The position numbers and the translations under genes are program-made. A DNA stretch of 58,494 nucleotides, counting the filler, from Sphacelaria rigidula (taxonomy: Eukaryota), in the NCBI GenBank assembly GCA_964200075.2. It is 8 parts of 8 records of this genome, joined end to end, with 100 filler letters (N's around TTAATTAATTAA, not from the genome) between each part and the next. Parts side by side here need not be neighbours in the genome. Positions count along the whole stretch, not along the records: positions 1 to 7,225 come from CAXNAA020015879.1; positions 7,326 to 14,550 come from CAXNAA020015880.1; 6 more parts are not named here. One strand, 5' to 3'. Positions 1 through 12,282 of this stretch are shown in pieces (position 1 is the stretch's first letter; each line of letters starts with the position of its first letter). A model generated the notes under the pieces. That model ran no database searches. It had not been told where the DNA came from and saw only the letters and a list, made by a program, of their open reading frames with translations.

Positions 1-910
1 GCCAGCGAGGTAAGTGTTGGGTTGGGTTCCCTCCTTCCATCAAGAAAAAAAAAAAAAAAAAGCGGTAACACCGAACTGCGGCAAATCGGCTGTTGAATTC
101 ACCGAACCCCGAACCCCGGGAAATCGAATCTAAGGAACACAGAAAGGCCGACGAAAAGCGCCGTGCGGAAGTCTACAAACAGGCATCAACACATAGGTGA
201 ATGGTCGTGGAGAAAATATTGCACTACCTGATCAACCTCACGTCACTATGTGTTTTGCGCAATACAACAATCACACATATCAGACATATATAGCGACATG
301 GTCGAAAGAAATCTCTAGCTCGAAGGAGACAGAGACGCTCTTCTTGCGTTCTGGTGTCTCCTGTATCTCTCGTGTATGCATGTAAAGTTGAAATTTCCGT
401 TTTTCAGAATGAAAGTGTCAGATCCACCATCAGGGTTCCGTGTATTGCCCATCACGCGCATACTTTCAGGCACTGACTGCTTGAGTCGAAGGTCGAATCT
501 CGCCCTCGTCGAAGATGAACGGTGATGGGAAAACACGGCACTATCTCATCAAGCTTTCGAAAACGAAAAATGTCGCAGAGTGACGTCGAGCTGAAGGGGT
601 TTGTGAAGTGTACTGTTTTAAGAGTAGGTCTAATTGTTCCGCTTGCACAGGAGCGTTTACCCGTAATCTTAGTTAGACATATTCGATTTGTCGCACTTTG
701 AACCCCTTCTCTTCCTCTGATCGAGTCCGTGGTCTCAAGGGATCAATTCATCTCTTCCCGATACACACCTTGTATTTTGGTCTCGCAGATTGAGCCAGCA
801 CTCCCGCACCGCGTCAACTCGCGCCGAACAACGTCAGTCAAATAATACTTTGTTCACTCACGTACCAAGGCTTCCCACGGTGGAAATCAGATACTTCCAC
901 GGGAAAAAAA

Positions 911-982
911 ACACCTCGGGATTCGAACCCACGTTCTCTCCACGCTCATGGTGACGGTCGGACCATTGCATCGCCGGGGTGC
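911..982 (-). mobile_element. tRNA-derived SINE-like head / pseudo-tRNA
   Basis: Minus strand reads GCACCCCGGCGATGCAATGGTCCGACC...GAGAACGTGGGTTCGAATCCCGAGGTG followed by a T run. It has A-box-like and B-box (GGTTCGAATCC) motifs at tRNA spacing, no proper cloverleaf, and resembles 15808-15883. Confidence 0.55.
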
Positions 983-3699
983 GTAGCCCAAAACCTTTTG
1001 AAGAGATTTCAAGCAAACAGTACGCTCGCTCGGGTTCATATTCCCAGCAAGATGGTGACGAATTCCACACATATACAACAAATCATTTCTTCCCCCTGTC
1101 CCGCCAGTACCGAATACAAGTATTGGTTGTAGATTGGTGTGCAACAGGGTGGTCTACGAATGCGACCCCAGCACGGGTGAGGAGGAGTGAGGCTACGGCA
1201 GGGAAGTAGCACCTTCATAAGTTTTGGGAGTGACATACTTGCGTCTGGGAGTGCGTTGAACGCAGGGATGATTCTGCTGTCCATATCAAGCCGATACCCT
1301 CGTCAGATTACAGACGTAAGTAGTTGTGTTGTGCAATGTTCGATGTATCGTCAAAATTTCACTATTTCACCTTTCCTTGCATTTCCATCCAGTCTTGACA
1401 CTTATTTGATTCATCCGTCCTTTGACATAGACTCGCAGCTTGCTTGTGGGAAACATCAAGGGCAAAAGGTTTAGCTCACCTACTCTATTGTGACACGTCG
1501 TCTACTTCAATCTTCGGCCAGGGGTGCATTTCGACGCGCATATGCGACTGTTCAACCCGCTTGAGCCTGGAGTCCACGAGCCACAAAATGGGACCTTCTG
1601 GTCGTTGGTAACTAGAAAATGGTGCATATTAACAAGCAACTAAGCACTCCAAGAAACGCTTGCAATCAGCACGGCTCAAAAACAGTAAGCTCAACACACT
1701 ACAGTAAGTACGGTGGGGCATAGTACCGTGGTGTACAGTACACAGTCCTAGGTATCCATCTATCTGTGTGCGGACCTCTCCCTGACGGGCGTGGCTGCAA
1801 GCACGTGTCAGGGCAGCGGCGGCGTGTCTCGAGTAATTGTACCGCGGTACTGTACGTGAAATGGCTGAAAGTTGCATGAGCTAGCTGATGATGATAGCGT
1901 CCCCTGACGGCGCTACCACCATCGGCTCATCACGGTACTAAGGACTACTAGGCACAGACATTACTGGGGGAGTTGATCATGACGCGCTGGCGATTGCTTT
2001 GATCTTCCTCGTGGCTCATTCGGTGTGTTCTCGTCGTGGCGGTGCTTTGGTATCGGGTGGTCCACCGAAAATATGGCGGTCACAGCAGGCAGGGAAATCA
2101 GAGGTCGAATTCCATCCAAAAGTATGCCGCATCGGAAAAGCATTTCGATCTTATGCTGCTGAAATCAAGAACACTCGCCCCGGAGAACCCAAAGTACGGC
2201 TAACACGACGTCGACATCGTGACAGTATCGTTAAATGGGAACGCTCTCGAGAAACTCAGACAAAGATGAACCCCTCGAGTTTGGTCGTTGGCCACGTAGT
2301 CTTCAACCTTCTGAAGATGTGATCAGTTCAGCATCAGATGGGTAAATACCACGTTGACACCGCGCGATAAGAGCTCGAGGCCCCAATGGTTGACAGTACT
2401 ATCCAGAGGGCATCAAACTTCGTACCGGTGGGAAACGTGGGGGGAATGCCTTCGTTGCAGTTCAATAATCATGTATCTACGTGTCGCTACCAACAGTCCG
2501 TGCAATCTTGAAACTGGTTGGTTGTTGTGAACAACGATGCGGGAAGGGAACTCAACAAAATCAACGAAAACGCTCCAGGCCTCTGACATGGACATCTGGT
2601 CATGTTGGGTAAAGAAGAGGGGAGCAATGCTACGGTAGGGGTGCACTTTTTTCGCGAAATTATGTCTAGTTCAAGGGCTCCTAAGGATTCTAGATGCACA
2701 AAAATATGGGTCAGGGCATTCCCGTCTTCAAATTCATTCGGGATATCCCCAGCACATTGGAGTAGTAAGTCTGGCGTCATTTCACACATTTTCAAAGGTC
2801 GTGTTTTGCATGAGATAAAGGGGTCCTAACAATTCTAACCTCAGAAAATATTTGTGCACCCCTACCGTAGCATCACTCAGGGCGTGCAGAGGGGACCAGC
2901 GAAAACCGTGCGCCCAACGAGTGTGTGAAGTTGTAATCCAGTATGTCGTTGCGCGAGATTTGCTGAGAAAACATTAGTTCAGAAACTCATCAAACATCGA
3001 ATAAAACAAATTGACAGAACAAGCCAGGAAAAGCGCGCGGATGCGCTCGAGCACACCAACTGGCATCCAATTGATGGTGAAACTCACGCCAGTGCCCATT
3101 CTTTCTTCTTCTTGTGCAGCATTTGTAATCCACTAGATTTCTTCGAAAATTCTGAGCAAGTGGTACCAACCAACGGAAGCACAGGGCGCTCCGTGGCCTG
3201 CGAAAAACCCCGTAAAAACCATCAAGGAACATCTGTTTTAGATGTATAGGTACTGTGTTACATCGCATTTTTTGGCGCCAGAACGTTGGGAGTTTTCACA
3301 CGTCGGACAGCTCATGACCTACCTGAGAACACCTTCTTGTCAAGCTATTAATAGTGACCCGGACTATGGTCTGGGCTCATTTAACCCATTTTTCCCAAAT
3401 TTGCTCCCTACATCTGTTCCTGTTTTGTTCTTTTTCCTTAGAGCGTGTTTCAGTATCGTTTTTCTTGGGTACGTCTACCATGAAACCACGGCTGGACGCC
3501 TGGGAGGTCAGTTAAATTGCGACAATCAATCAATCGCTGGACGACCACGTGGAGTAGCGTAATGGTAGCGCTTTCTTCTCGGATCATGCTGTCACGTTTC
3601 GTGGTTTTGGGCGAGGTATCTCAGAGCCCGCTTCAACTAGTTACTTCAGATAACTCATGAGCAGTCCGACAAGTGGAATCTTCCGCGGGCACCGTAGGC

Positions 3700-4130
3700 A
3701 AGGTACCCTACCGAGCGCACCCCCGGTATTTCCTGGGGTATCCCATGCCGTGGTATGCGTGGGTATCGTAGGTATGAGTTTCAAAAATACCTGGTTGAGC
3801 GGGTACGGTAGGTATCGAAATCTCGAAATACCGGGGTATCGTAGGTATCCAGGTATGAGTTTCGAAAATACCTGATTGAGCGGGTCCGGTAGGTTCCGGT
3901 ATCTCGAAATACCGTGGTATCGTCGATATCGTAGGTATGACATTTGAAAATACCCGATGGAGCAGGTATGGTAGGCAATGGTATCTCAAAATACCGTAGC
4001 TTTGTAGGTATCGTAGGTATGACAATTGAAAATACCCGATTGGACCGATATCGGGGCGGGTATAAGATATCTCAAATACCACCACCGGGTACCTGCCATT
4101 CCCTATACCCTGCATACCGGTTTCAAAACT
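3700..4130. repeat. Internally repetitive element, ~82-bp unit x4
   Basis: GGTATGA(GT/CA)TT.GAAAATACC recurs at ~3771, 3852, 3934 and 4017. A second copy of the family is at ~5095-5410. Confidence 0.85.
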
Positions 4131-5094
4131 GTCATCCGGCAAAACGGAGAAGCGCTTCAGGGCATGTCTTGGCACCTTTTGTTTTCGGTCGAGGGAAAGG
4201 GGCGGTAGAATCGATTTGAGCGATATTCGCTCATTCTTCTCGAATTGGGTCCGAGCGAATCGTCAAGCTTTCGATTAAAAAAAAAAAAAAATGAAATTCG
4301 TGAACCGGTACATAGTCACTCGTGTACAGTATAGACAGTCTGGACTGTCTGCACTCCTTGCAAGCAGTGTCTTCAGTGTGTTTGTGCGTATTTCGTACAG
4401 TAGGATTTTGAAGAGAAGCGGGCAACGTGCAGCGCAGACAACCCAGGACCATCAGTTCTCTCTGCTTACAGTGCGTCGTAAAAAGGACTTCACAACAACG
4501 TGCAGCCTCGTACTGCCTGCATTATCTATAAGCGTGTACGCAACTCGGTTGCCCACCGTACCACGCAGTTCCGTCGCTGATCCTACCATGAAACAATATG
4601 GGCGAGTTTTCGCCAGACAAAAAAACAGAGCATACCCAACTACTGCAGTGTATCTATCCCTGCGCTTAACTCGTGCTCGATGCTGCAGGTTGCGGTGGTG
4701 GCTGAGAATGAGTTGGATGGAGTTAAGATGGTTATGTGGACGGGTGTTATCTGGTGCGGTGGTCTGTAAGATAGGGGTGAAGTGCCGCTTCTTAGCTTCG
4801 TGCCTTCCGCCCGCATGTTTTCAATCGAAGAAGCTTAGCTCGATTGTTTTGTAGTTTTTCCCTGCGCGCCACTAATTACGAATTCGAGTTGAAGCCTTCT
4901 AAGAATAGAAATGCGATGAACCCATCAGATCGGGAAACAAATTTTCGACCGCGCTTCAGACTACATAATAATAACTTCATCAGGATTGATCTGGGTGTAC
5001 ATCATTTGTGAAAACAAGACGTACCTGCTCCGACAACTTCTGGCCGTTGCACAAGTTGGGACCAGCTGCTGCATCGCGGGGAGTGCATCGCGTC

Positions 5095-5410
5095 CGGTAT
5101 TTACCGGGTATACCCCCGGTATTTACGGGGGTATTTTATACCGTGATATGCGTGGGTTTCGTAGGTATGAGTTTAAAAAATACCTGATTGAACGGGTACG
5201 GTAGGTATGGAAATCTCGAAATACCGTGATATCGTAGGTTTCTTATGTACGACACGAGAAGATGCCCGATTGGGAGGGTACGGTAAGTATTGACATTTCG
5301 AAATACCGTGGTATCGTAGGTACCGTAGATATGACATTTGAAAATACCCGATTGGACCGGTATCGGTAGGGTATGAGATGTTCCAAATACCGGTACCGGG
5401 TACCTACCTT
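5095..5410. repeat. Second copy of the ~82-bp-unit repeat family
   Basis: Same GGTATCGTAGGTATGA...AAATACC units and the same CCGGGTACCT end as 3700-4130. Confidence 0.8.
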
Positions 5411-5834
5411 AACCACGGTGCCTGTGGAATCCAGATCTAAGATCCATCTTCCCTTCGGGAGCGAGGAGGATCAAGAACTTCTACGCTACGGAGCAGAACT
5501 TAGGTTGGCAATTTGCCGAAGGACTGTAAACCTGAAAGCAATTGGCGCTAATTCTCGTCTACAAGCCACTTGCGTGCGGTGAAAAGAACGTCTGAGGCTT
5601 TGACACAGCTCCGCCATTGTTCTACATGATTCGGCGCACGCCAATGCACGTGAAGAAGCATCCCGTGTTCCCGGTGTAGCTCAGAAGAGACCACATCCGC
5701 AATTGACGACGAACGTCGCAGAGGCGCTACGCGATAAACCCGATACTGTCCTGTGCGTGAGACGGTACTGTGTATGTGCCCTCAGAGGGAGAAACGACTC
5801 GAAAATAACGTTGAACCAGAGTGATGCTACAAAA

Positions 5835-6925
5835 GGGGGAGGGCGTGTACTCATGATCATGCATGCCATGGTCATATGGTCATTGACCTTGCATTGCTAC
5901 TAAGCCGGAACGGAGCACGCCGGGTTTTCGCCAGACCAGGCTCGCACTCCATCGCCAAGCGCGGAGCGCCCTGATGTCTTCGGCGAGTCGCATGAAGGGT
6001 AAGTTGCATCCTGCTGAGATTGTTCAGCCCGAAACGGACTGATTATCTTGCATTTGAATGACAGCCTACAATGAGTTGCTTCAATTTCTGGTATCGCCAC
6101 TTCCAGAGACAGCCACGGCTTATGCACTGCCTCATGGGCATCTCACCATTTAAGCACGACGTAGTCCGATCATCTGCTTTGTGCGGAGCTTAGGTTCTAC
6201 CACGCCGCACAACATGATCTAGCTCGACTGCCATCATGGTTACCGAAAACAATTAAGCAAGCGCTTGAAACAAAATCGGTAACCTGGTTGCCTAGCTTCC
6301 GCAGTGCGTGGGGTGCTTTACAGCGTCATCGCCAACAGACGCCAACCCCATCGGGGGTCTGCCCCTACAAAGCCGGGATGGAGCACGCCAAGTTCTTGCC
6401 GGACCAGGCTGGAGTGGAGGGGGGGGGTACTCATGATCTTGCATGCTAAAGTCATATGATCATTAACCCCGCATCTCACAATGCCGGGACGGAGCACGCC
6501 GAGGTTTCGCCGGACCAGGCTCGCAATCAATCACCGAGCGCAAAGCGCCGTGATATTTTCGGCGATAAGAAGGGCGAGCTGCATCCTGGCAAGATCGTTA
6601 GGCCCGAAGCGTACTGATTATTTTGCATTCGATTGATAGCCTCCAAATATTTGCTTCATTTTCTGGTATCACCATTTCCAGAAACAGCCATTGCTTACAC
6701 ACTACCTCATGGGTGTCTCACCACGTGAACACCACGTAGTATGATCATCCCATTTGCGCGGAATCGGGGTTCTCCCACCCCGCACAATATGATTTTCGGT
6801 CACCATCATGGTTACCGCCAAAAACCGCAAGCGCGCGGACAAAAATCGGGAACCTGGTGACCTAGCTCATGCAGTGAGTGGCGTGTTTGACAGCGTCATT
6901 ACCAATCGATGCCGACCCCACATGC
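5835..6925. repeat. Tandem pair of a ~500-580-bp dispersed repeat (probable non-autonomous TE)
   Basis: 5835-6350 aligns with 6420-6920 (GGGG..TACTCATGATC.TGCATGC head; TTTCTGGTATC.CCA.TTCCAGA.ACAGCCA core). Related pieces at 29299-29360, 55560-55775 and, inverted, 51960-52013. Confidence 0.8.
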
Positions 6926-7225
6926 GGGAGGGGGGAGGGGTATTTGAGGTCATTTCTTCCACGAAATTTCACCTCATATCGTCGCTGAGAGCAGCAACGT
7001 TCGTTCGAACGCGATAGGTACCAGTAGGACGCAGGCAATCACACCCCTCGTCGCCATTTCCACTCAAATACAAATGCACCGTGAGTAGTTAGGTCGCTTG
7101 ACACACCCGTGAGCCCCAGTTTAACACGACCCCCCCCCCCCCCCCCCCCCCCCCCACAATCACCCCCCCGGCGAAAGAAGGGGGGAGGCTTGGGAAAAAA
7201 GACAGAAGACACAAAAAAAAAAGAG

Positions 7226-7325
7226 NNNNNNNNNNNNNNNNNNNNNNNNNNNNNNNNNNNNNNNNNNNNTTAATTAATTAANNNNNNNNNNNNNNNNNNN
7301 NNNNNNNNNNNNNNNNNNNNNNNNN
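7226..7325. other. Artificial contig spacer (N44-TTAATTAATTAA-N44), 1 of 7
   Basis: Identical 100-bp spacers at 7226-7325, 14551-14650, 21875-21974, 29199-29298, 36523-36622, 43847-43946 and 51171-51270. The 12-mer has stop codons in all six frames, and the intervening pieces are all 7224-7225 bp. Confidence 0.98.
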
Positions 7326-7989
7326 GGCGGCGTATTCCTTTGTTGCTCGCCTCAGTTGTTGGATTGGGGGGCCCGCCTCCCTTTCGAGAAGGAGCCCCGG
7401 GGAGGGGGGGGTGGGGGCGTACTCAGATGTTGCTTGCCTTAGTTGTTAGACCATTGACCACGCATCCCTTTCGAGACGGAGCATACCGCGGAGGGGGGGG
7501 GGGGAGATGGCTCATGGAAGAAATGTACGAACTGCCTTGGTACTAGCGCTAGTAACAATGGTTTCGTGAGATTGAGAATAGAAGATGCATCGAGAGTCAA
7601 CCTTGAAGTGAAGTTGGTTTCTGCTCCGGGCGAAAAATTCGACTAACCGATTTTTTGCGACTTTTGTTTTGCGACTTTTGTTTTGCTGCATTTTTCCACT
7701 TTAAAAACCCCATCGATTTCGTTTGGGGGGGGGAAACTTCGTCAAACAGAAACCAAACGCATCTTGCTTCAAGGGGCACCTGGACACACAGCAGTTGTTG
7801 CTGCCTACCTAGTATCATCCTCCAAATCGAAGTCTTGAGTGAGAACCCCCAGCGTGCAGTCGCTTTACGCGACCACTGCGTTCTGCCACGGACCCTTCCC
7901 CACGTACCCGACAAGGGGGCAACATCCCCGTACAGAGAATAGCAATGCTAGCGGATCCCCCGTCCTGACAATCTGGCAGCCGGCAAGGT

Positions 7990-8630
7990 GGTTATGGTAG
8001 TGTCTTAGCGATATCAACTTATAGTGCACTGGAGCAGAGTTTGCAGGTGAATATTTCGGCGATTGCCTCGCCTGCAGTTCACTCAGGTGTTGTGGATTTT
8101 TTTCACGATCTCACTGAATAACACTATGTGGAAATGTACCAGACCCTGCATTTTAAGTGGAAATGTATCAGGCCGTGGACAAAGATTCCTATAGTCTGTA
8201 CGAACACGATGTTGATGTGTACTGCGCACCGTGTGTTGTGTGTGTTGTCGTCCCATCTATTCTGGACGCCGGTCTCCACCTTTCGGTATATGTCGGCGCA
8301 CCAGCCAGGGTCACACAGGAGGAAGGCCAACACAAGAGTTTTTCTCACCTTCCTGCGGTGCTTGCTTTTATTTTTCATCCGGCGAGGGGTTCAGTGGTTC
8401 CTTTCCCTCGTCGACTATTAGGTCGAATTGCACAGTTTTAAATATATTGCCGACTGTGATTTGTGTAATACAGTACTCGTACATCAACTCGGTAAGTGTA
8501 ACGCTACATTTCTCTGCCTCCATCACTGGCGTGTGCTTACAGTTACACGTCGATATCCTACTCACGGATATCAAGAGCCTCAGTGGCAAGATAAAACAGA
8601 ACGCATATCGAGCCTCGTGGAGGGGCATTT
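7990..8630 (-). mobile_element. Possible degenerate hAT transposase C-terminal remnant
   Basis: Minus-strand fragments in hAT order: VQNRWDDNTHNTRCAVHIN (cf. IxxRWDxxxHxxLHAAAYxLNP), then ELQA..AIAEIFTCKLCSSA (cf. dimerisation-domain ELQxLAIRILSxxCSSS). A VTDNGS motif lies upstream near 9630. Frameshifted, recognised by eye only. Confidence 0.35.
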
Positions 8631-10260
8631 CGGAACTGAAACAATTTATTCACTAATTGACCGCTTTTCACTCTCAATCGTGTCCTCTACTCTCAATCTC
8701 ACGAAACCATTGTTAACTACAATTGCATTACCCATCGATCAGGTGGCACTCCCCCTCCTCAAATAGGGTACCCAAGGTTTCCCCCCACCCTACGGCCCCA
8801 GAATGCGGTTTGGACGACTTAGGGGGGGGGGGTTCCGTCATTTCCCTATATAGGGCCCCTCGGCCCAGCGTGCAGCTGCTTGACGCTGTCTCCTGTCTGC
8901 CCGAGAAACAGCAGTTTGTAACTTATAGTCCATGGCATACCGGGAAGTAAGTCCTGTACGTGTACTTGAAAACAGGCAGGGTAGTGGCTGGGACTAGTGC
9001 GGGACGACACGGGAATTCGCCGGGATACGGGTCGCGCCTCAGCGCCGGCTTGCTGCGGGCCCTTGCGAACGTAGGGTGACGGCGATAACACGAACACGAT
9101 TTATGCTTCAATACAACTTTGCGCCTCCGTGCAACAACACATCAAAATACCCCGGGTGCGTGCGACAGACCTTCATTTTAGAGCCACTTCTAACAAAGGC
9201 CCAGCCGAGACCACTCCGGTTTTACCGCCGCAATCCTCGTCACAAACACCGAATTAAATTGAAATTGGAAGCGCCCTGGGCACAGGGCAACCTATACAAA
9301 GCTGGTGCAGACGCGGACGGCATCACTTACAGCAAATAACGGTACAACGAAAACCGGACATCGGGTCACGATCGACTCTGTGACTACCACTCCTGTTTTA
9401 TGTCGATGAGGGGTGAAGCTTGGATATGAGGGAACTGTCACCAGGAGGGGCCTGCCGGCCTGCTAGGAAGCGTGAGAAATTTGCACCCTGTCTTGTTTGG
9501 TTTCTTCACGATATATTTTCGTCGTGCATCAGATGCAGTGGTACCCGCCATCGTGTCATTGAGGCCCGTTCATTATGATTATTTTTCGGCAGGGGCCGTT
9601 GAACCTTTTTTCATGGCCTGCAAGCTGGATCCATTGTCTGTTACTTTCCGACATGATCTAACATGTGATTCTCGTTCAATGGATGAATCGCGTGGTCACC
9701 TTTTGAGGCAGGCGAACGGCTTAGGACCTCATTCCGTATTACTCCAACGGGTCGTGCTTTATGATGTTTCCGAGGAGTCCAGGCCTGCACCACCCGTCCG
9801 CACAGTAACGACACACACCCGCCTGCTACGAAAAACAAGTGTGCAGACCTCAACACTGAACATCGCGCGGACGAAATTGCATCACGGGCTACCTGTCGAA
9901 TCACCGTCGTTTCAGATAATATATGCTGTCTTAAGGCCCTGTCTAATCACAAAAAACGGAGTCGAAATGTGTGGTGAAATCGTTATGGCTGGTACCTGAT
10001 GCATCCACGGGATTTATTTATGTTGTCAATCATTGGAGAAAAAATAAATGACGTGGGCGTTTGGCCGTGTCTTGCCGCATCACATCATTTTTTTCTCGTA
10101 AAAGTGTGGTGGAAAACGAAAACCACTCCGATCTGAGAGACAGGTAGGTCGTGATTTCAACTATAGTCAACATCAATTACGTAAGATGAAATCACGACGT
10201 ATGAGTTTCGAGTTTTCCTCTTCCACTGCACATTGTCGTTCGAAAAACAATGTGCTATAA

Positions 10261-10449
10261 GAGCGTGTCTTAGCACACTAGTTTTCGATCGAAAATGTGC
10301 TGTGGTAAACAAAAATCCCGATCTGGTAGGTCGTAATTTCAACCATCGTCGAAAATTTTGAAGATGGTTGAAATCACGACCTATCAGATCGGGATTTTTG
10401 TTTTCCAGCGCACAATTTCGATCGAAAACTAATGTGCTAAGACACGGCC
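10261..10449. mobile_element. Tourist-like (PIF/Harbinger) MITE
   Basis: 189-bp near-perfect palindrome with termini G(A/G)(G/C)CGTGTCTTAGCAC...GTGCTAAGACACGGCC, flanked on both sides by TAA (10258-10260, 10450-10452). Confidence 0.85.
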
Positions 10450-10973
10450 TAATAAGGCACACCTCAAGGCACCTACACAAGTTGTTTTCTACTTGTTATG
10501 CTAGCACGGGTTCTTAAACAATCGTTGATCTTGAGAAGGATGGGTCACATGCACACAGAACCCGTGCTAGCATAATAAGTAAAAGCCTATATACAACGGT
10601 AGTAGCTGAGAATTCGAAGGAGTCAACAGTGAGTTGCTACTGGGCCATATGCCGAAGACTCGCTGTGTGCATGAACAAATGGGAACGGGCAAAAACTGTG
10701 TGGTTATATTGCAAAGGGTAGTGCGTTCATGACGTAGTCTCAAGCTGTTATAGTCCAGAGTGATCTAAATATTCTTGAAATTCAAGGCGGGAGTGCAACG
10801 TTTGCATCGTACGGAGAAATCAGAGGATCTTTATTGCAGCAAGTAACGTTGCGTAACCGGAGTATTCGGGCCTGTGTTCACCACATGTATCGTATTAGGT
10901 ACAACAACCTGAACTCTCGTTTCTTTGTTCCAAGCATTCCCATTAGTTGGAGGTCGAGGATGGGGTGGATGAA

Positions 10974-11161
10974 GGGCGTATTTTAGCACTCTAGTTTTCG
11001 ATCGAAAATGTGCGATGGGAAAAAAAATCCCGATCTGATAGGTCGTAATTTCAACCATCGTTGAAAAAAATTAAAATGGGTGAAATCACGACCTATCAGA
11101 TCGGGATTTTTGTTTCCCACCGCACAATTTCGATCGAAAACTGATGTGCTAAGACACGGCC
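10974..11161. mobile_element. Tourist-like MITE, second copy
   Basis: Aligns end-to-end with 10261-10449. A third, more decayed copy lies at ~10064-10257. Confidence 0.8.
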
Positions 11162-12023
11162 ATACCATAATACCGCGTATGGCTCACCTTTATTATTCGG
11201 AAAGCACCCACAGAGTCGCTATCAAAAACTGAACGCGTCCCCTCATTGGCGAGTCCTTCCAACATTCCAGGTCATTTTCCACCCGCTCCACCCCCGACCC
11301 CCCCGCCCTCCAACTTCACTCCAAAATTTTCACCCGGCTGCATGGTTCAACACAACTACTACTCCCCACGTGTATCCATCTGCCCGCACACACGGTTCGT
11401 GTGCATGTTCCGTGTGAGTGTATTGCCCGACACAATTTGTATATCGCGCGATCGCGGCACCATATCGTGTAAAAGCATGAAATAACATTGATGAAGGCTG
11501 GGAGGCGGCGCCGACCTCACGTGCCCTCTTGCTGTTTGCCCCCATATCTGAATTCCCGAATGCAAAGATGACAGCGACGCGTTTGTCTCACGTGCATTTT
11601 GTACAGATATGACGAACGTCGATCAGTGGTCTTTGGAACGAGAGTCTGTTCTGTTCTATCTACGCCGCATTTGATGGTCCGGGCTAATGATGCAAATGGG
11701 ACAAGGGCACCATCGACAAGCCATGCACAGGTGGTGAGTACTTCGCTTTGTGTGTTGATAGAGCTATAAAAGCATATTTTATGCATGGTAACGAATTTCG
11801 ACTTTTTTATATCCCGATTTCTTCAAAATAGGCGGAACTCAAATTCGCGAACTCAAAATCGGCGGGACTGTTTTATGGTACAGACAGACAATATCACGGA
11901 TTTGTAAAACAGTTCTGTACACAGTCATTTTCTGCATGAGTGTGGTATTGCGTGCTCGTGCATGAAACTGACGAGCAGGCAGGCGGTGAATATGTCTTCG
12001 AGAACGGCGTCGCGCCTAGGTAC

Positions 12024-12282
12024 TGTGACAAAATCACGCCTTCACGTTGCGTAGATGGTGATGATTGGATGATGACTTGGGATCTGTAGTGATGAGATGG
12101 ATGATGACATGGACACAGGGGTATTACCCTGATGTGATTTATGGAGCGTATGTGCCTGGAAGGCACTCCGGTAATGATAAGGTGTCGTGAAGGCTGACAA
12201 CTGAGATTTTGAGGCCAGTGGAACTGGGGAGTCTCTCAACAGCATTTAGACGCTGCAGTACTAGCAACCTGCTGGCGTCACA
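12024..12282 (+). mobile_element. Probable 5' LTR of the downstream Ty3/Gypsy element
   Basis: 259-bp segment bounded by inverted TGTGAC...GTCACA, ~500 bp upstream of the gag-like frame. The 3' LTR is not on this contig, so the call cannot be confirmed by pairing. Confidence 0.45.

Noticed and set aside
7270..7281. TTAATTAATTAA recurring every ~7.3 kb as a biological periodic motif
   Set aside because: Always centred in 100-bp N blocks; it is a synthetic six-frame-stop linker.
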